Positions 9,370-19,525 of a stretch of DNA of 64,000 bases are shown here, in pieces. Source of the stretch: an uncultured Dehalococcoidia bacterium (GTDB lineage Bacteria; Chloroflexota; Dehalococcoidia; Lucifugimonadales; CAJWER01). Within the stretch, counting starts at the first letter, position 1. Each line of letters starts with the position of its first letter. The notes under the pieces were generated by a model that was not told where the DNA came from, ran no database searches, and saw nothing but the letters and a program-made list of their open reading frames with translations. The position numbers and the translations under genes were made by a program. The stretch lies in NCBI GenBank assembly GCA_964608025.1, contig CAZSLO010000001.1:3114-67113 (forward strand), read 5' to 3'.

Positions 9370-11022
9370 TTATTCCTCTGTTGGACCAAAGAGGTCTGTG
9401 ACATCACGTTCGACCTGTGCTTTTAACTCTGCGGCGTCTTTCCATCCCAAAGATTTGTAAGATTCTGGTGATCCATAATCGCGGGTCTTTACCACTATCG
9501 GCATTGGAACTGCATGTCCAAACACAAGGGATTGTTGTTTAGATTCGAGGCGCGATAGTACCGATCTGAGTTTTCGACTACCTGAAGCCCCGGTTAGTAC
9601 TGCGTCTATGTCACGTTCACTATCGAGTAAGCATGTGATTTTGGTCCCGAGCTGGCTCATTACTTCGTCATCTATGCCGCTAGGACGCTGATCCACGATT
9701 AGAAGAGTTACGTTGTACTTTCTCATCTCACGAGCAATTGTTCCAAATATAGTTTGGGAGGCTACTCCTGGAGTCAAGAACTTGTGTGCTTCTTCAATCG
9801 TAATTACCAGTGGACGGGGTTCTTGACTGTTGTCACCAGAGGCAAGTTCCTTACGTTCCATATATCTTTGATAGATGCGTCTTGTTAATAAATTCGCAAC
9901 CAAGATATATGCTGCTAGGTTACTTCCGTATCTGCCAAATTCGAGTACTACATGCATTCCACGGTCGAGGTAGCGAAGTATCTGTTCCACTGAACCTTGT
10001 CCGGATTTGTCCATGAATTGGTACCGTTTTAGTCTCTGGAGCCTATTGTTAAGACGTGATAGCGCGTTGCCGTTAACCCCGATCGATTCGGCAAGTTCAA
10101 AAATGTTTTCTCGACCACTTAGCGATAAGAATTCTCGAAGCCAGCTTGTTCCGAAGTGCCGTTCAAGCGAATATGCAGCGTCTGCTGCTACTTCAGATAA
10201 ATCAAGGGTTTCTCTCAGGAGTTGTATGTCATCGGGCTCGACCTCATCATACCCGATCCGAACTACGTAATCGGGTGTCAGGCCTCGTCTTTTGGAACTT
10301 TCTTCATCCAAGGAAAATACAGCGATTTGTGAGTGGAAAAGTTGTTTTAGGCCCTTAACTTCAGATCCAGACTCACTATATCCTTTCCATCCGTACTCAC
10401 TTTGCATGTCAAAAACTAAATTAACGGCCGCTCCACTTTGAAGGATTCCAGCAAGTAGCAATCTCGTAAGAAATGTCTTTCCCGTTCCGCTCTTACCGAA
10501 GATGCCGTTACTCCTTGTGACGAGCTCCGGGATGTCGATACAGATTTTGGTTTCCATGTCTAGTGGACTGCCTATCCAGAAGTGACGCTCATCTTCCGCT
10601 CCGAAGACGATCTGGATATCGTCTTCAGTTGCTGTTGCAGCTTCGGCGAAGTGTGCTGGGATAGTTTTTGCGGGTTGTGGTCCATCCAGAAGCAGTTCTG
10701 GGTCGTCCCCAGAGATTGTAAGCATCGGTTCGACTGTGATTTTGCCAAAGGCTGTCGTACCTGACAACACTTGTGTGATATATGGATTGGAGATATCTGG
10801 TGGGCTGGTTGTGAGCATTGGGTCGCTTGAGTCTAGCGATATGTCGGTCACTACGCCGAAGAAACGCATCTGCTTACCCTTGAGAGTTACAAATGTACCT
10901 ACCTTGACTTGTTCGATTGAAGCATCGGGATCTAGCTTGACCTGGACTCCGTCAGAAAGGGATCCAGAGACTACCATTCCTAGTCGATGAGGAGTAGATT
11001 CGCCATTTGGTTCGGTGATCAT
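9370..11022 (-). CDS. herA: HerA-like (DUF87) ATPase/DNA translocase with N-terminal HAS barrel
   Basis: Walker A GKSGTGKT, FDMQSEYG, Walker B IEEAHKF, AREMRKY, DQRPS. Confidence 0.85.
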   Translation of the reverse strand: MITEPNGESTPHRLGMVVSGSLSDGVQVKLDPDASIEQVKVGTFVTLKGKQMRFFGVVTDISLDSSDPMLTTSPPDISNPYITQVLSGTTAFGKITVEPMLTISGDDPELLLDGPQPAKTIPAHFAEAATATEDDIQIVFGAEDERHFWIGSPLDMETKICIDIPELVTRSNGIFGKSGTGKTFLTRLLLAGILQSGAAVNLVFDMQSEYGWKGYSESGSEVKGLKQLFHSQIAVFSLDEESSKRRGLTPDYVVRIGYDEVEPDDIQLLRETLDLSEVAADAAYSLERHFGTSWLREFLSLSGRENIFELAESIGVNGNALSRLNNRLQRLKRYQFMDKSGQGSVEQILRYLDRGMHVVLEFGRYGSNLAAYILVANLLTRRIYQRYMERKELASGDNSQEPRPLVITIEEAHKFLTPGVASQTIFGTIAREMRKYNVTLLIVDQRPSGIDDEVMSQLGTKITCLLDSERDIDAVLTGASGSRKLRSVLSRLESKQQSLVFGHAVPMPIVVKTRDYGSPESYKSLGWKDAAELKAQVERDVTDLFGPTEE

Positions 11023-11612
11023 GACGATATTCTCCTTAAGATTCCGTTCAGCCGGGTAAATTGGTTGCTTAGGTGATAGGCAAGTTCGCGACCGGCTTCT
11101 ATCAGTATTTTTTCTGGGTTTGAATGTTCAAGAGTTAGTTTTCTTAGGAAAGCTGCTGTTATGTCGTCGGGAGAACCTATAGGTGAGGACAACAAGGTAG
11201 GCAATAATTCGAGAGATGGAAATACGCTTAGTAGTTCGCTCCCATCACAGGTGTATGCGATATCATGTATTCGTGGTGGGACTGGAGCAATAAATTGATT
11301 GACTTGGTCGTCACGTCGGTGGGCCACTACTATGGCATGGAATTCAGTAGATAAAAGGCGGGCTAACTGTGGGTTTTGTTCATACACAGCTTCGACTGAC
11401 TCTTCCTCTCGGCCCATCACGATAGCCCGTCTACCTGGATCCAAGCTTTGTGTCGACACTTCAGCAACAATGCCGTAAACGGTTTCGACATCGCCAATGC
11501 GGACTAGCGAGCCGAGATCGGGCGCATTATAAAGTTCATGGCATTGAACCACGAACATTGTCGTAGAGGCCTCTACGACTTCCCCAATTCTCCTATCGAC
11601 AATTTGGCTCAC
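11019..11612 (-). CDS. Stand-alone HAS-barrel domain protein
   Basis: IGEVVEAST...P.LGSLV...VYGIV beta-barrel pattern; lies between nurA and herA and overlaps herA by 4 nt. Confidence 0.7.
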   Translation of the reverse strand: MSQIVDRRIGEVVEASTTMFVVQCHELYNAPDLGSLVRIGDVETVYGIVAEVSTQSLDPGRRAIVMGREEESVEAVYEQNPQLARLLSTEFHAIVVAHRRDDQVNQFIAPVPPRIHDIAYTCDGSELLSVFPSLELLPTLLSSPIGSPDDITAAFLRKLTLEHSNPEKILIEAGRELAYHLSNQFTRLNGILRRISS

Positions 11613-11732
11613 TGTAACTCCTTTATGCGAACCATTACGTGCTTTTTATCCCAAATATATTAGCCAAATGATTCTACTGGATCGAAGGGAATGGTTACAG
11701 TGCTAAATATTGCGGATGATATTCCCAAGGAA

Positions 11733-12932
11733 TTACAGCCAGCGAAGACGCTTTGAGCGGGCTTTTTCCGAGGTGGCTACAGGCATATCGTGGCCTTGGA
11801 GGGCACGATCTACTAAGTCACTGAAATAACGACGATCAGCACCGCTGATTACTGCTTTTTCATGAGCTTCCATCAGGGTTATAGGGTATCCCTGTCCACG
11901 CTTGGCCTGGTCAATTATCAGTGAATGAGTGAGGCTAAGTGCCGAATCATCTTGGGCCGTCCAAGAGGGTATTTCGATTCTTGCAATTTCGTGGCCAACG
12001 TTGACATAGAAGAAGACTATCCCAGTATTTCGGTAATGGTTTACTACCACCCGGGAAGCGGTTGAAAAAAGCCCTGATCGCTCCCCGGGGCCAAGAAGTT
12101 TTGTGAACAACTCTCGATCTTGAATGCCACCTACACAGGCATCACATGTGGCTCGATCAGACTCAACTATACCGCAACGACTAGAAATATCGCTATATCC
12201 GCATATTCCGTGACGCAGAGCCCCAATTACTTCGGAGTATCGTGGGAGGCTGGTGTATCCAGCTATAGATAGAAGCCTGTTTTTTGCCAGATCGCGTATA
12301 TCTTCGAGGGCATTAACGAAACCATCTTCTAGTAGTTGTTGACGTACATAATCGCTGTACCCTTGGCCTACAAGCCCAAGCATCACTAAGGGACCATCGA
12401 CTAGAGCCAATGTGGGTGTTCCACTAGGTAAGGATTTTAGTATTCCGGCTAGTTGGCGCATCTCTTCGACCATCCGTTTAGCACCTAGTACTGCACCTTC
12501 GACAACTTGCTCTACGCCGGTATCTGGATCACGGATAATCAGATCGTCCGTATTTCCATATAGTTTTGCCTCGCTGTCAAGTTCCGCGTTGGGGTGAGAG
12601 CCATATGTCAGGATGGCCGAACCAGTATTGATAAGGAAGCACCGGGCGGAAAGGTGTCGGTCCACGTCAATGTGGGAACCGTCAACGGCTACTACCGTGA
12701 AATCATTCGGGATGGGAGCAGGGGTATAAGTAATATAGGGAGGCTCCAGTATAGCTGGGGCGTCCCAGCCGAAGTCCCCATTGAGCAGTCGTTTTGAATA
12801 ATCATCAAGGGGAAAATCCCGTAAAGTGGTAAGTGCATTCTCTAAGCGGAGAGCGCGTTGTTTGCGGCGCGACCGGAGTTCTTCGGCCATACCATCGATC
12901 TGCGCGGCTGTGTCTACAAGATTAAGTGGCAT
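11733..12932 (-). CDS. nurA: NurA family nuclease
   Basis: VAVDGS, LVDGPL, RIEIP.W, GYPITLMEAHEKAVI motifs; upstream of herA. Confidence 0.88.
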   Translation of the reverse strand: MPLNLVDTAAQIDGMAEELRSRRKQRALRLENALTTLRDFPLDDYSKRLLNGDFGWDAPAILEPPYITYTPAPIPNDFTVVAVDGSHIDVDRHLSARCFLINTGSAILTYGSHPNAELDSEAKLYGNTDDLIIRDPDTGVEQVVEGAVLGAKRMVEEMRQLAGILKSLPSGTPTLALVDGPLVMLGLVGQGYSDYVRQQLLEDGFVNALEDIRDLAKNRLLSIAGYTSLPRYSEVIGALRHGICGYSDISSRCGIVESDRATCDACVGGIQDRELFTKLLGPGERSGLFSTASRVVVNHYRNTGIVFFYVNVGHEIARIEIPSWTAQDDSALSLTHSLIIDQAKRGQGYPITLMEAHEKAVISGADRRYFSDLVDRALQGHDMPVATSEKARSKRLRWL

Positions 12933-13001
12933 CTAGAATTTGGTTCATCGTATGGTCTGAAATATTTTGTTTCTTGGTGGGAATATTGTGATTGAAGTTT
13001 A

Positions 13002-13035
13002 ATATAGACATATGTTGAGGATTACATGTCTATAT
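13002..13035. promoter_or_regulatory. 10-bp perfect inverted repeat upstream of nurA
   Basis: ATATAGACAT (13002-13011) - 14 nt - ATGTCTATAT (13026-13035). Confidence 0.4.
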
Positions 13036-13037
13036 AG

Positions 13038-13538
13038 TTAAGTCATTTCGAGGCGTGTGCCTTCTATTTCAAGGGTTCGGTTGTCGAACATAAGGAAGAC
13101 TTTTGGGGCACGACGTACTTCAGCATAGATCTGGTCCATTCGACGGGATACTTCTGAGTCCAATCTATCCGGTGAACTACGGGCAGCTCCTCCCCATAAA
13201 CTAGGTTGAGGTAGGCTCATTACATATTCTCCAAGTCTATCTAGAAACGAATTGAATATTAGTGATGAAAGACTTGGAATAGGTTCGTGATTTAGTGGGT
13301 CGTTGAATGAGAATTGGATGTTGATAGAGGCTTGGCTCGAGATACGTGTCATTACCAGAATCGGTTGAGGCTGGTGGTTGAATTGTTCCCGCGCACCTTC
13401 TGTGTTTAGTGCGACTTCCCTCAGTGCAGCTTGAAGTACACGCAGCAGTGAAGACATATAGGATACCGGTACCTCGGCCTGTCCGATCTGTATCCCCAGT
13501 GAGTGTGCAGATAGTTCTTGTGTGGTTTCTTTTTCCAT
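13038..13538 (-). CDS. Hypothetical protein
   Basis: 166-aa ORF starting 7 nt after the selB stop; no recognised motif. Confidence 0.7.
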   Translation of the reverse strand: MEKETTQELSAHSLGIQIGQAEVPVSYMSSLLRVLQAALREVALNTEGAREQFNHQPQPILVMTRISSQASINIQFSFNDPLNHEPIPSLSSLIFNSFLDRLGEYVMSLPQPSLWGGAARSSPDRLDSEVSRRMDQIYAEVRRAPKVFLMFDNRTLEIEGTRLEMT

Positions 13539-13545
13539 GGCCTGA

Positions 13546-15408
13546 TTACCTTAGCACTCTCGAGTCTCCTATGCGTTTTGTGATTTTTTGCTGATCTAGA
13601 TAGTTCATCAATGCAAGTGAATATTTCCGACTGGCTCCGAACATATCGCGGACATCTGCAACAGTTAACTCCCCGGCTTCTCCTATTCGTGATTTTATAG
13701 CAGATACCATTTTTTCATAAGCTGATGTCTCAAATATTATGGTATCGCTTACCTTTATAACCTTACCTTCTTGTACAAGGAGTGATATTAGTTCTGGGTC
13801 TATGGCATTATCAGTTGGGGGAGAATAGGGACTAATTGATAGAAGTTTCATATAGCTATCGATGCTTTTTTGCTGAGATTCGGAAACTACCTGTACATGA
13901 TCGGGCTTTCTTACATCTGGTCCTTCTTCGATCAGGATACCGTCAGCTTTTAGTCGCATTAAGACCCGACTAAATACTGGTGCTTTCATGCCTAACCTAC
14001 TACGCAACTCTTCTTTTGGAGCACCTTTACGTAGAGGGAATTGATAGTGGAAATCTTCGAGGAATTCCTGGGATTTTGCAGATAATTTAGCCCAGCCGGA
14101 TGTGCTGAACACCATGGTGCCCGGATTTATGGACACCTCGCTCAAGGTAACTATTAAGTTCTCAATTTCTAGTTGTCTGAGTTCAGTCTTTACGGTGACG
14201 GGACTCATGTTTGCACGTCTAGTCAACTCTTCGAATTCAGCTGGCTCAAGTGTTTCGATACATTTGATTAGAACCGCACGGTCAGAACCCTGCTCGATCA
14301 CTTTCAGTCGGTCTAGTACAGGGGTGTAATTGCGGCGGTGTCTCCTGGCATGTGAATCTACCACCCTACCTCCGCCTAAAGTAGCGTGGTTTGACCTCAC
14401 TACGAAGTAATCGTCTTTGACTACTGGTTGGGGTTGATCGAACTTGATTTGGGCCCAAGTAGAGTCGCCTGGTGCCACCCTGCTCTTCTCCAATAGTCTA
14501 ATTCTACCTATTGCCTCGCTGCTGCCAATGTGGATTGTGGCGAACATGTTATGTCTTATGGGGCGGGGTGAGCCAGGAATGACTTTCAAGCGCACATCCA
14601 TCGCAATTGATGGTTCTAGCCAATTTGGGATAGTGATGATGTCGCCCCGGGCCACCTCGCTTTGTCTTACGCCCGCCAAGTTGGCCGCTACTCGATTTCC
14701 AGGTCCGATTTTTTCAACTTTACGCTTGTGAGATTGTAAACCTCTTATCCTTGTGTTCTGTCTTTTTGGGACCAGTTCGACGTTCTGTCCTGCTTGCAGC
14801 CACCCGTCTATCAAGGTGCCCGTCACTATCGTGCCAAATCCTGGCATGGTAAAGGAGCGATCGACGGTTAGACGAGGGCGCCCGAGATCCTTGTTGATTT
14901 CTATCTTGCTAAGACGGGCTTCGATGGCTTCCACCAGTTCTGTCAATCCGTCCCCTGTCAGGCTCGATACAGGTATTATCGGAGAGCCTTCTAATGTCGT
15001 TTCTTCCAAGATATCTTCGGCCTCTGCCTTCACGATATCCATCCATTCGTTGTCTACGAGGTCGCTTTTTGTGATAGCTACGATGCCCTTTTTGACTTGT
15101 AATAAATCAAGGATGGCCAAGTGTTCTCGAGTCTGAGGCATTATGGACTCGTCGGCGGCGATGATAAGCAAGGCTAGATTTATGCTTCCGACTCCAGCCA
15201 ACATGTTGTTTACGAATCGTTCATGGCCGGGTACGTCCACAACGCTTACTTCGTTACCATTCGGTAATTGGAGCCATGCAAAACCAAGGTCTATGGTCAT
15301 GCCCCGATCTTTTTCTTCACGGAGCCTGTCAGGATCGACGCCAGTTAGTTTCTCGACTAAGGTCGATTTTCCGTGGTCGACGTGGCCTGCTGTACCTATA
15401 ACGAACAT
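13546..15408 (-). CDS. selB: Selenocysteine-specific elongation factor
   Basis: GTAGHVDHGKS, RGMTIDLGF, DVPGHERF, C-terminal winged helix SRKY...D...T.R.GD.R. Confidence 0.95.
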   Translation of the reverse strand: MFVIGTAGHVDHGKSTLVEKLTGVDPDRLREEKDRGMTIDLGFAWLQLPNGNEVSVVDVPGHERFVNNMLAGVGSINLALLIIAADESIMPQTREHLAILDLLQVKKGIVAITKSDLVDNEWMDIVKAEAEDILEETTLEGSPIIPVSSLTGDGLTELVEAIEARLSKIEINKDLGRPRLTVDRSFTMPGFGTIVTGTLIDGWLQAGQNVELVPKRQNTRIRGLQSHKRKVEKIGPGNRVAANLAGVRQSEVARGDIITIPNWLEPSIAMDVRLKVIPGSPRPIRHNMFATIHIGSSEAIGRIRLLEKSRVAPGDSTWAQIKFDQPQPVVKDDYFVVRSNHATLGGGRVVDSHARRHRRNYTPVLDRLKVIEQGSDRAVLIKCIETLEPAEFEELTRRANMSPVTVKTELRQLEIENLIVTLSEVSINPGTMVFSTSGWAKLSAKSQEFLEDFHYQFPLRKGAPKEELRSRLGMKAPVFSRVLMRLKADGILIEEGPDVRKPDHVQVVSESQQKSIDSYMKLLSISPYSPPTDNAIDPELISLLVQEGKVIKVSDTIIFETSAYEKMVSAIKSRIGEAGELTVADVRDMFGASRKYSLALMNYLDQQKITKRIGDSRVLR

Positions 15409-15511
15409 AGTAGAGTGGCTTTGATTCTACACCAGTACGGGGAAAAACTTCTGTCGAACTGACACGGTAGTATTGCCGGATCAAGTTCAATCAAATGTTC
15501 TCCCAGTATGA

Positions 15512-16702
15512 CTAGAAGAATTGCATGAAAACCTCGTTGCTCAAAAGGCGACCTCGGTCAGAGAGCTTGATTGATCCATTGCTAAGTTCAAGGAGCCCTT
15601 TTGTAGCTAGGGTAGTAATCATCTCGCTGTATACATCGTTAGGTGAAACACCAAATCGAGATGTGAAATCGACTTTGATTACGCCTGTGTCTAATCTCAA
15701 GTTCATCATCATAGTCTCGGCCATCTCAAGTTCCCGATCGACTCTATCTATTTGATCTATGACAGGGATTATGGAAAATGGTATCGAATTTTGTGGAGAA
15801 GACTTACTGGAAAATGAATGGTTAGTCTTCCCTAGTAGCTTGATGTATTCTCTGGGTGACTTGATGTTACTAAAACGGTGATTGTAAATGTATGAATGTG
15901 CTCCAGGACCTACTCCAAGAAATGATCCGTTCTGCCAGTATGTCAGGTTGTGGCGGCTCTCTTTACCAGGTTGGGCCCAGTTGGATATTTCGTAGTGACG
16001 ATATCCCATTTTGCTTGTGATTTCCTCAGCCATCAGGTACATGTCTGCGGCCAGATCGTCGTCGGGTATGGGAATACTTCCGGTTGATACTTGATGTTCC
16101 ATGGGAGTACCGTCTTCAAGGGTCAGGCAGTACATGGATATGTGGCTAGGTTCCACTGACAGTGCAGACTCAAGAGTGGTGCTCCACTGATTTGCTGTCT
16201 GTCCGGGTAGACCATACATGAGGTCTATACTTATGTTTTCGAAGCCCGCATTGTGAGCCATGTGATAGGCTCCAAGCGCTTCGGCAGCTGAATGTCGGCG
16301 TCCCAATGTTTTAAGTAGGCTGTCTTCCAAGCTTTGTATACCAATACTGAGTCTGTTAACGCCGCTATCTATGAATGATTCCAGTTTTTTTTCATTCAAG
16401 TCGTCTGGATTCGCTTCTAGTGTGATTTCAGGATTCCTTACAAAATCGAAGGAGTCCCTAGTTTTACTAATTAACGAAGTGACTGCACCCTGTGGTAAAT
16501 AAGATGGAGTACCACCTCCAAAGAACACGGTTTCCAGTTTGGTGGACCCTAGTTCCTTGCCCCAAAGGCCGATCTCAGTTCTTAATGCGTTCAGGTAATG
16601 GTCCATAAGAACTTCTATACCGGCATATGTGTTGAAGTCGCAATAAGGGCACTTGGTGGCACAGAAAGGAATGTGAACGTATAGTGCGTTTGGACTATCC
16701 AT
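15512..16702 (-). CDS. hemW: Radical SAM heme chaperone HemW
   Basis: LYVHIPFCATKCPYCDFN, GGGTPS, HYEISNWA, HNLTYW. Confidence 0.9.
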   Translation of the reverse strand: MDSPNALYVHIPFCATKCPYCDFNTYAGIEVLMDHYLNALRTEIGLWGKELGSTKLETVFFGGGTPSYLPQGAVTSLISKTRDSFDFVRNPEITLEANPDDLNEKKLESFIDSGVNRLSIGIQSLEDSLLKTLGRRHSAAEALGAYHMAHNAGFENISIDLMYGLPGQTANQWSTTLESALSVEPSHISMYCLTLEDGTPMEHQVSTGSIPIPDDDLAADMYLMAEEITSKMGYRHYEISNWAQPGKESRHNLTYWQNGSFLGVGPGAHSYIYNHRFSNIKSPREYIKLLGKTNHSFSSKSSPQNSIPFSIIPVIDQIDRVDRELEMAETMMMNLRLDTGVIKVDFTSRFGVSPNDVYSEMITTLATKGLLELSNGSIKLSDRGRLLSNEVFMQFF

Positions 16703-16956
16703 TTGTGGGTAGGATACGCTAGTACAAGAAAGACTGACAGTTCATGTGCGTGTGAATTTAGATTTCAGATTACTTAAATCGCGTGCCATTTCTAGGGGAT
16801 TCTTGTATATCAAGTTATACTTAAGAACTTAACAGGGCTGCGGTAAAGGTCTAGGGTTTCAGTGAAATGAAACAAGCAGGTTAATATCTGGATTAGTAGT
16901 TGGACTTAAAATTTTTAGTGGATAAGGTATTCCCAGATATATTATATTTGAATTGT

Positions 16957-17041
16957 GGGGGAGTGTCGGAATTGGTAGACGAGCATGATTTAGGATCATG
17001 TGCCGAAAGGCGTCCGGGTTCGAGTCCCGGCTTCCCCACCA
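16957..17041 (+). tRNA. tRNA-Leu (anticodon TAG)
   Basis: Acceptor GGGGGAG/CTTCCCC, anticodon arm CATGA-TTTAGGA-TCATG, long variable arm GCC-GAAA-GGC, T arm CCGGG-TTCGAGT-CCCGG, encoded CCA. Confidence 0.97.
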
Positions 17042-17151
17042 GCCTTTATCAACTACTGGAATCGGAAGCCTGATTCTTCTGGAGAGGGATACTTGCAGTT
17101 CGTTTCGGCAAAAATCCGGATCGGAGTGCGTTAGGAAGGGCAATCCTGATC

Positions 17152-18135
17152 TTAGAGGTCTTGTATCCTTCTATTATTGCTCGTTAGAGTGTCCAGTAAA
17201 TTAAGTTCTTCTGCGCTGAGATTCCAGCCTAGCGCACCTAGGTTGTCATCGAGTTGATCTATGGTATCGCTGCCCGATATGGCGATTGTGATCTCGGGAT
17301 GGGAAAGTACCCAGTTAACTGCGATCTGAGCCATAGTTTTGCCTCGTTCTAAGGCTATCTTCCTGACAGCCTCGATCACGGCCACAACCTCGGGTGTCAT
17401 GAAACCCTTTAGTTTTTCGATTCGGTCGGTCCGTCCCCACATAGAACCATCAGGAGCACTACCGTCTGTTCCGTAGGTCCCGCTTAGAAGGCCTACCGCC
17501 AAAGGGCTGAATGCCATCATACCTATGCCTTGGTCTCGGACCATGGGGAACAATTCTTCCTCTGGATCACGCTTAAGGAGGCTGTATTGGTTTTGTATAG
17601 TTATAAGAGGATCGGCGCCGACCTTTTCCTGGTTCCAAAGCATCTTGCAGACTTGCCATGCGGCAAAATTACATGCCCCTATGTAACGAACCTTTCCATC
17701 TGTTATGAGGTCATCTAGTGCCCGAACTGTCTCATCGATCGGAGTAGTCAGGTCCCATCCGTGGAGTAAGTAGATGTCGATGTGACTTGTCTCAAGTCGC
17801 CTGAGAGAATTCTCAGCCTGCATCATTATGTGGTATCTAGAGCTTCCCAAGTCGTTTGGACTATCGCCCATAGGACTATGGACCTTGGAGGTTATCACTA
17901 CGGAGTCACGCTTTTTTTTCAACACGCGCGAAAGTATTTGTTCGGATGTGCCACGCTGTCTTCGGTCGTCTCCTAGGCCATATACGTTTGCGCAGTCAAT
18001 TAAGTTGATACCCGATTCAATAGCGTGTTCGATTAATTTTTGGGCCTCCTGCTGGGATTCTTGCCCACGTAGACCAAGACCCAAGGCTATCGGAGATACT
18101 TTGACGCCGGCATTACCGAAGTTCACGTATTGCAA
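17152..18135 (-). CDS. Aldo/keto reductase
   Basis: IDCANVYG, SK, SLRRLETSHIDIYLLH, GKVRYIG, SPLAVGLL. Confidence 0.9.
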   Translation of the reverse strand: MQYVNFGNAGVKVSPIALGLGLRGQESQQEAQKLIEHAIESGINLIDCANVYGLGDDRRQRGTSEQILSRVLKKKRDSVVITSKVHSPMGDSPNDLGSSRYHIMMQAENSLRRLETSHIDIYLLHGWDLTTPIDETVRALDDLITDGKVRYIGACNFAAWQVCKMLWNQEKVGADPLITIQNQYSLLKRDPEEELFPMVRDQGIGMMAFSPLAVGLLSGTYGTDGSAPDGSMWGRTDRIEKLKGFMTPEVVAVIEAVRKIALERGKTMAQIAVNWVLSHPEITIAISGSDTIDQLDDNLGALGWNLSAEELNLLDTLTSNNRRIQDL

Positions 18136-18162
18136 TGTTTTTTCCTACTATTTCATTTAGTA

Positions 18163-19296
18163 CTAGCCACTATATGCCATTGAGCCATCACTTCGAATGG
18201 GTGGAATACTGGACAGATCTTGGCTTTCTTTCTTCGCGTTGGCAAGCAAGGTTTCATCTAGTTCAACTCCAAGACCTGGTTGTTCAGGAACTGAAATGAA
18301 GCCCCCATCTCGTTTCAGGACGGTCTTATATATTCTATTTTCATCCGATTCATCGTTCTTAGAAAATTCTTGGGTGATGAAGTTAGGAATGCTAGTGTCG
18401 AGATGGACAGAAGCTGCCGTAAGGATTGGTCCTAGGAAGTTGTGAGTTACTACTGCGCAGTGATATGACTCCGCGATAGCCGCGATTTTTTTGCAGTGGG
18501 ATAGTCCACCTGCAAGGCCAACGTCTGGCCGTACGTATTGTGGTCCACCGTGCGACAGTAGTTCTCGGAATTCCCAAATTGAGTGCATACGCTCCCCATT
18601 GGCCACAGGAATTGTAATCCGTCGAGCGATTTCTCCCTGGGACATCACGCTATCTATCTGGATCGGATCTTCGTAGAAAAGGGGACGGAATTCGCTGATA
18701 TGTTCGGCGAGAGCTATTGCTACCATGGGAGATAATTTACGGTGAATCTCAACTATGACATCTACATCTTCCCCTGTTCCTTCTCGGACGGCCGCTACTT
18801 GGTCGCGAACAGAAGAGATCAATCGGGCCTGGGTCATATCTTGATATCCTGAGGGTAAGGGGTCGAATTTCACTGCCGTGAATCCCTCTTCGGCCGCGCT
18901 TCGTGCTACCTCTTTTAAACCGTCGAGCGTAGATGCACCTCCCATAAGCAAATGAAGGCGAACCTTGTCGCGGCAACGTCCTCCCAGCAACTCCCATATC
19001 GGGGCTTGAAAATATTTGCCCTTAATATCCCATAAGGCTATGTCTATTGCGCTAACGGCACCTGACAGTGCGGATCCACGAAATGGTCCCATTCGGTAAA
19101 GATATTGCCAGTGGTACTCGGTTCGCATAGGATCTTTACCAACCAGATAGGGTCGAAATTTATTTACGATGCTGTCTACCGCATCCACGTATCCCCAGCA
19201 TGCTGTCTGCCCTATCCCTGATAGGCCGGTATCCGTTCGTACACGCACTACCAAATTAGTTCCTATGAAAAGCGACTCGACAGACTCGATCTTCAA
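18163..19296 (-). CDS. Mandelate racemase/galactonate dehydratase-like enolase superfamily enzyme
   Basis: SAIDIALWDIKGK, KFD, EIH, EDP, GER, PGLGVE. Confidence 0.88.
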   Translation of the reverse strand: MKIESVESLFIGTNLVVRVRTDTGLSGIGQTACWGYVDAVDSIVNKFRPYLVGKDPMRTEYHWQYLYRMGPFRGSALSGAVSAIDIALWDIKGKYFQAPIWELLGGRCRDKVRLHLLMGGASTLDGLKEVARSAAEEGFTAVKFDPLPSGYQDMTQARLISSVRDQVAAVREGTGEDVDVIVEIHRKLSPMVAIALAEHISEFRPLFYEDPIQIDSVMSQGEIARRITIPVANGERMHSIWEFRELLSHGGPQYVRPDVGLAGGLSHCKKIAAIAESYHCAVVTHNFLGPILTAASVHLDTSIPNFITQEFSKNDESDENRIYKTVLKRDGGFISVPEQPGLGVELDETLLANAKKESQDLSSIPPIRSDGSMAYSG

Positions 19297-19525
19297 TTTA
19301 TTCTCCGTAAAGGGTGATCTATGTTAAATAACACCCAGCAGTTTCGATATTGGGAATGGAGGATTTAGAGATATGGCGCAGTCTATTTGAGCGGGACGGG
19401 AATGGTCAAGGAGCGTGATTAGGGTGGTGGAAGCGGACATAGTGTCTTATGGAGTAATATCAGGTATGTGTATGGAGTGTTTTGAAAGTACAATTTGTCG
19501 AAATGATAATAATTTGGGTAATTAC

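Noticed and set aside
9370..12932. HerA as an anti-phage system (SIR2-HerA or DUF4297-HerA type)
   Set aside because: The partner is NurA plus a HAS barrel in a housekeeping neighbourhood; no Sir2 or other defence genes are nearby.
16957..17151. tRNA-Leu as an integration site for a genomic island
   Set aside because: No integrase in the window and no duplicate of the tRNA 3' end seen; flanking genes are ordinary metabolic genes.
16859..17204. ORFs 16859-17143 (-) and 16998-17204 (+)
   Set aside because: They overlap the tRNA gene and have no protein-like features; shadow ORFs.
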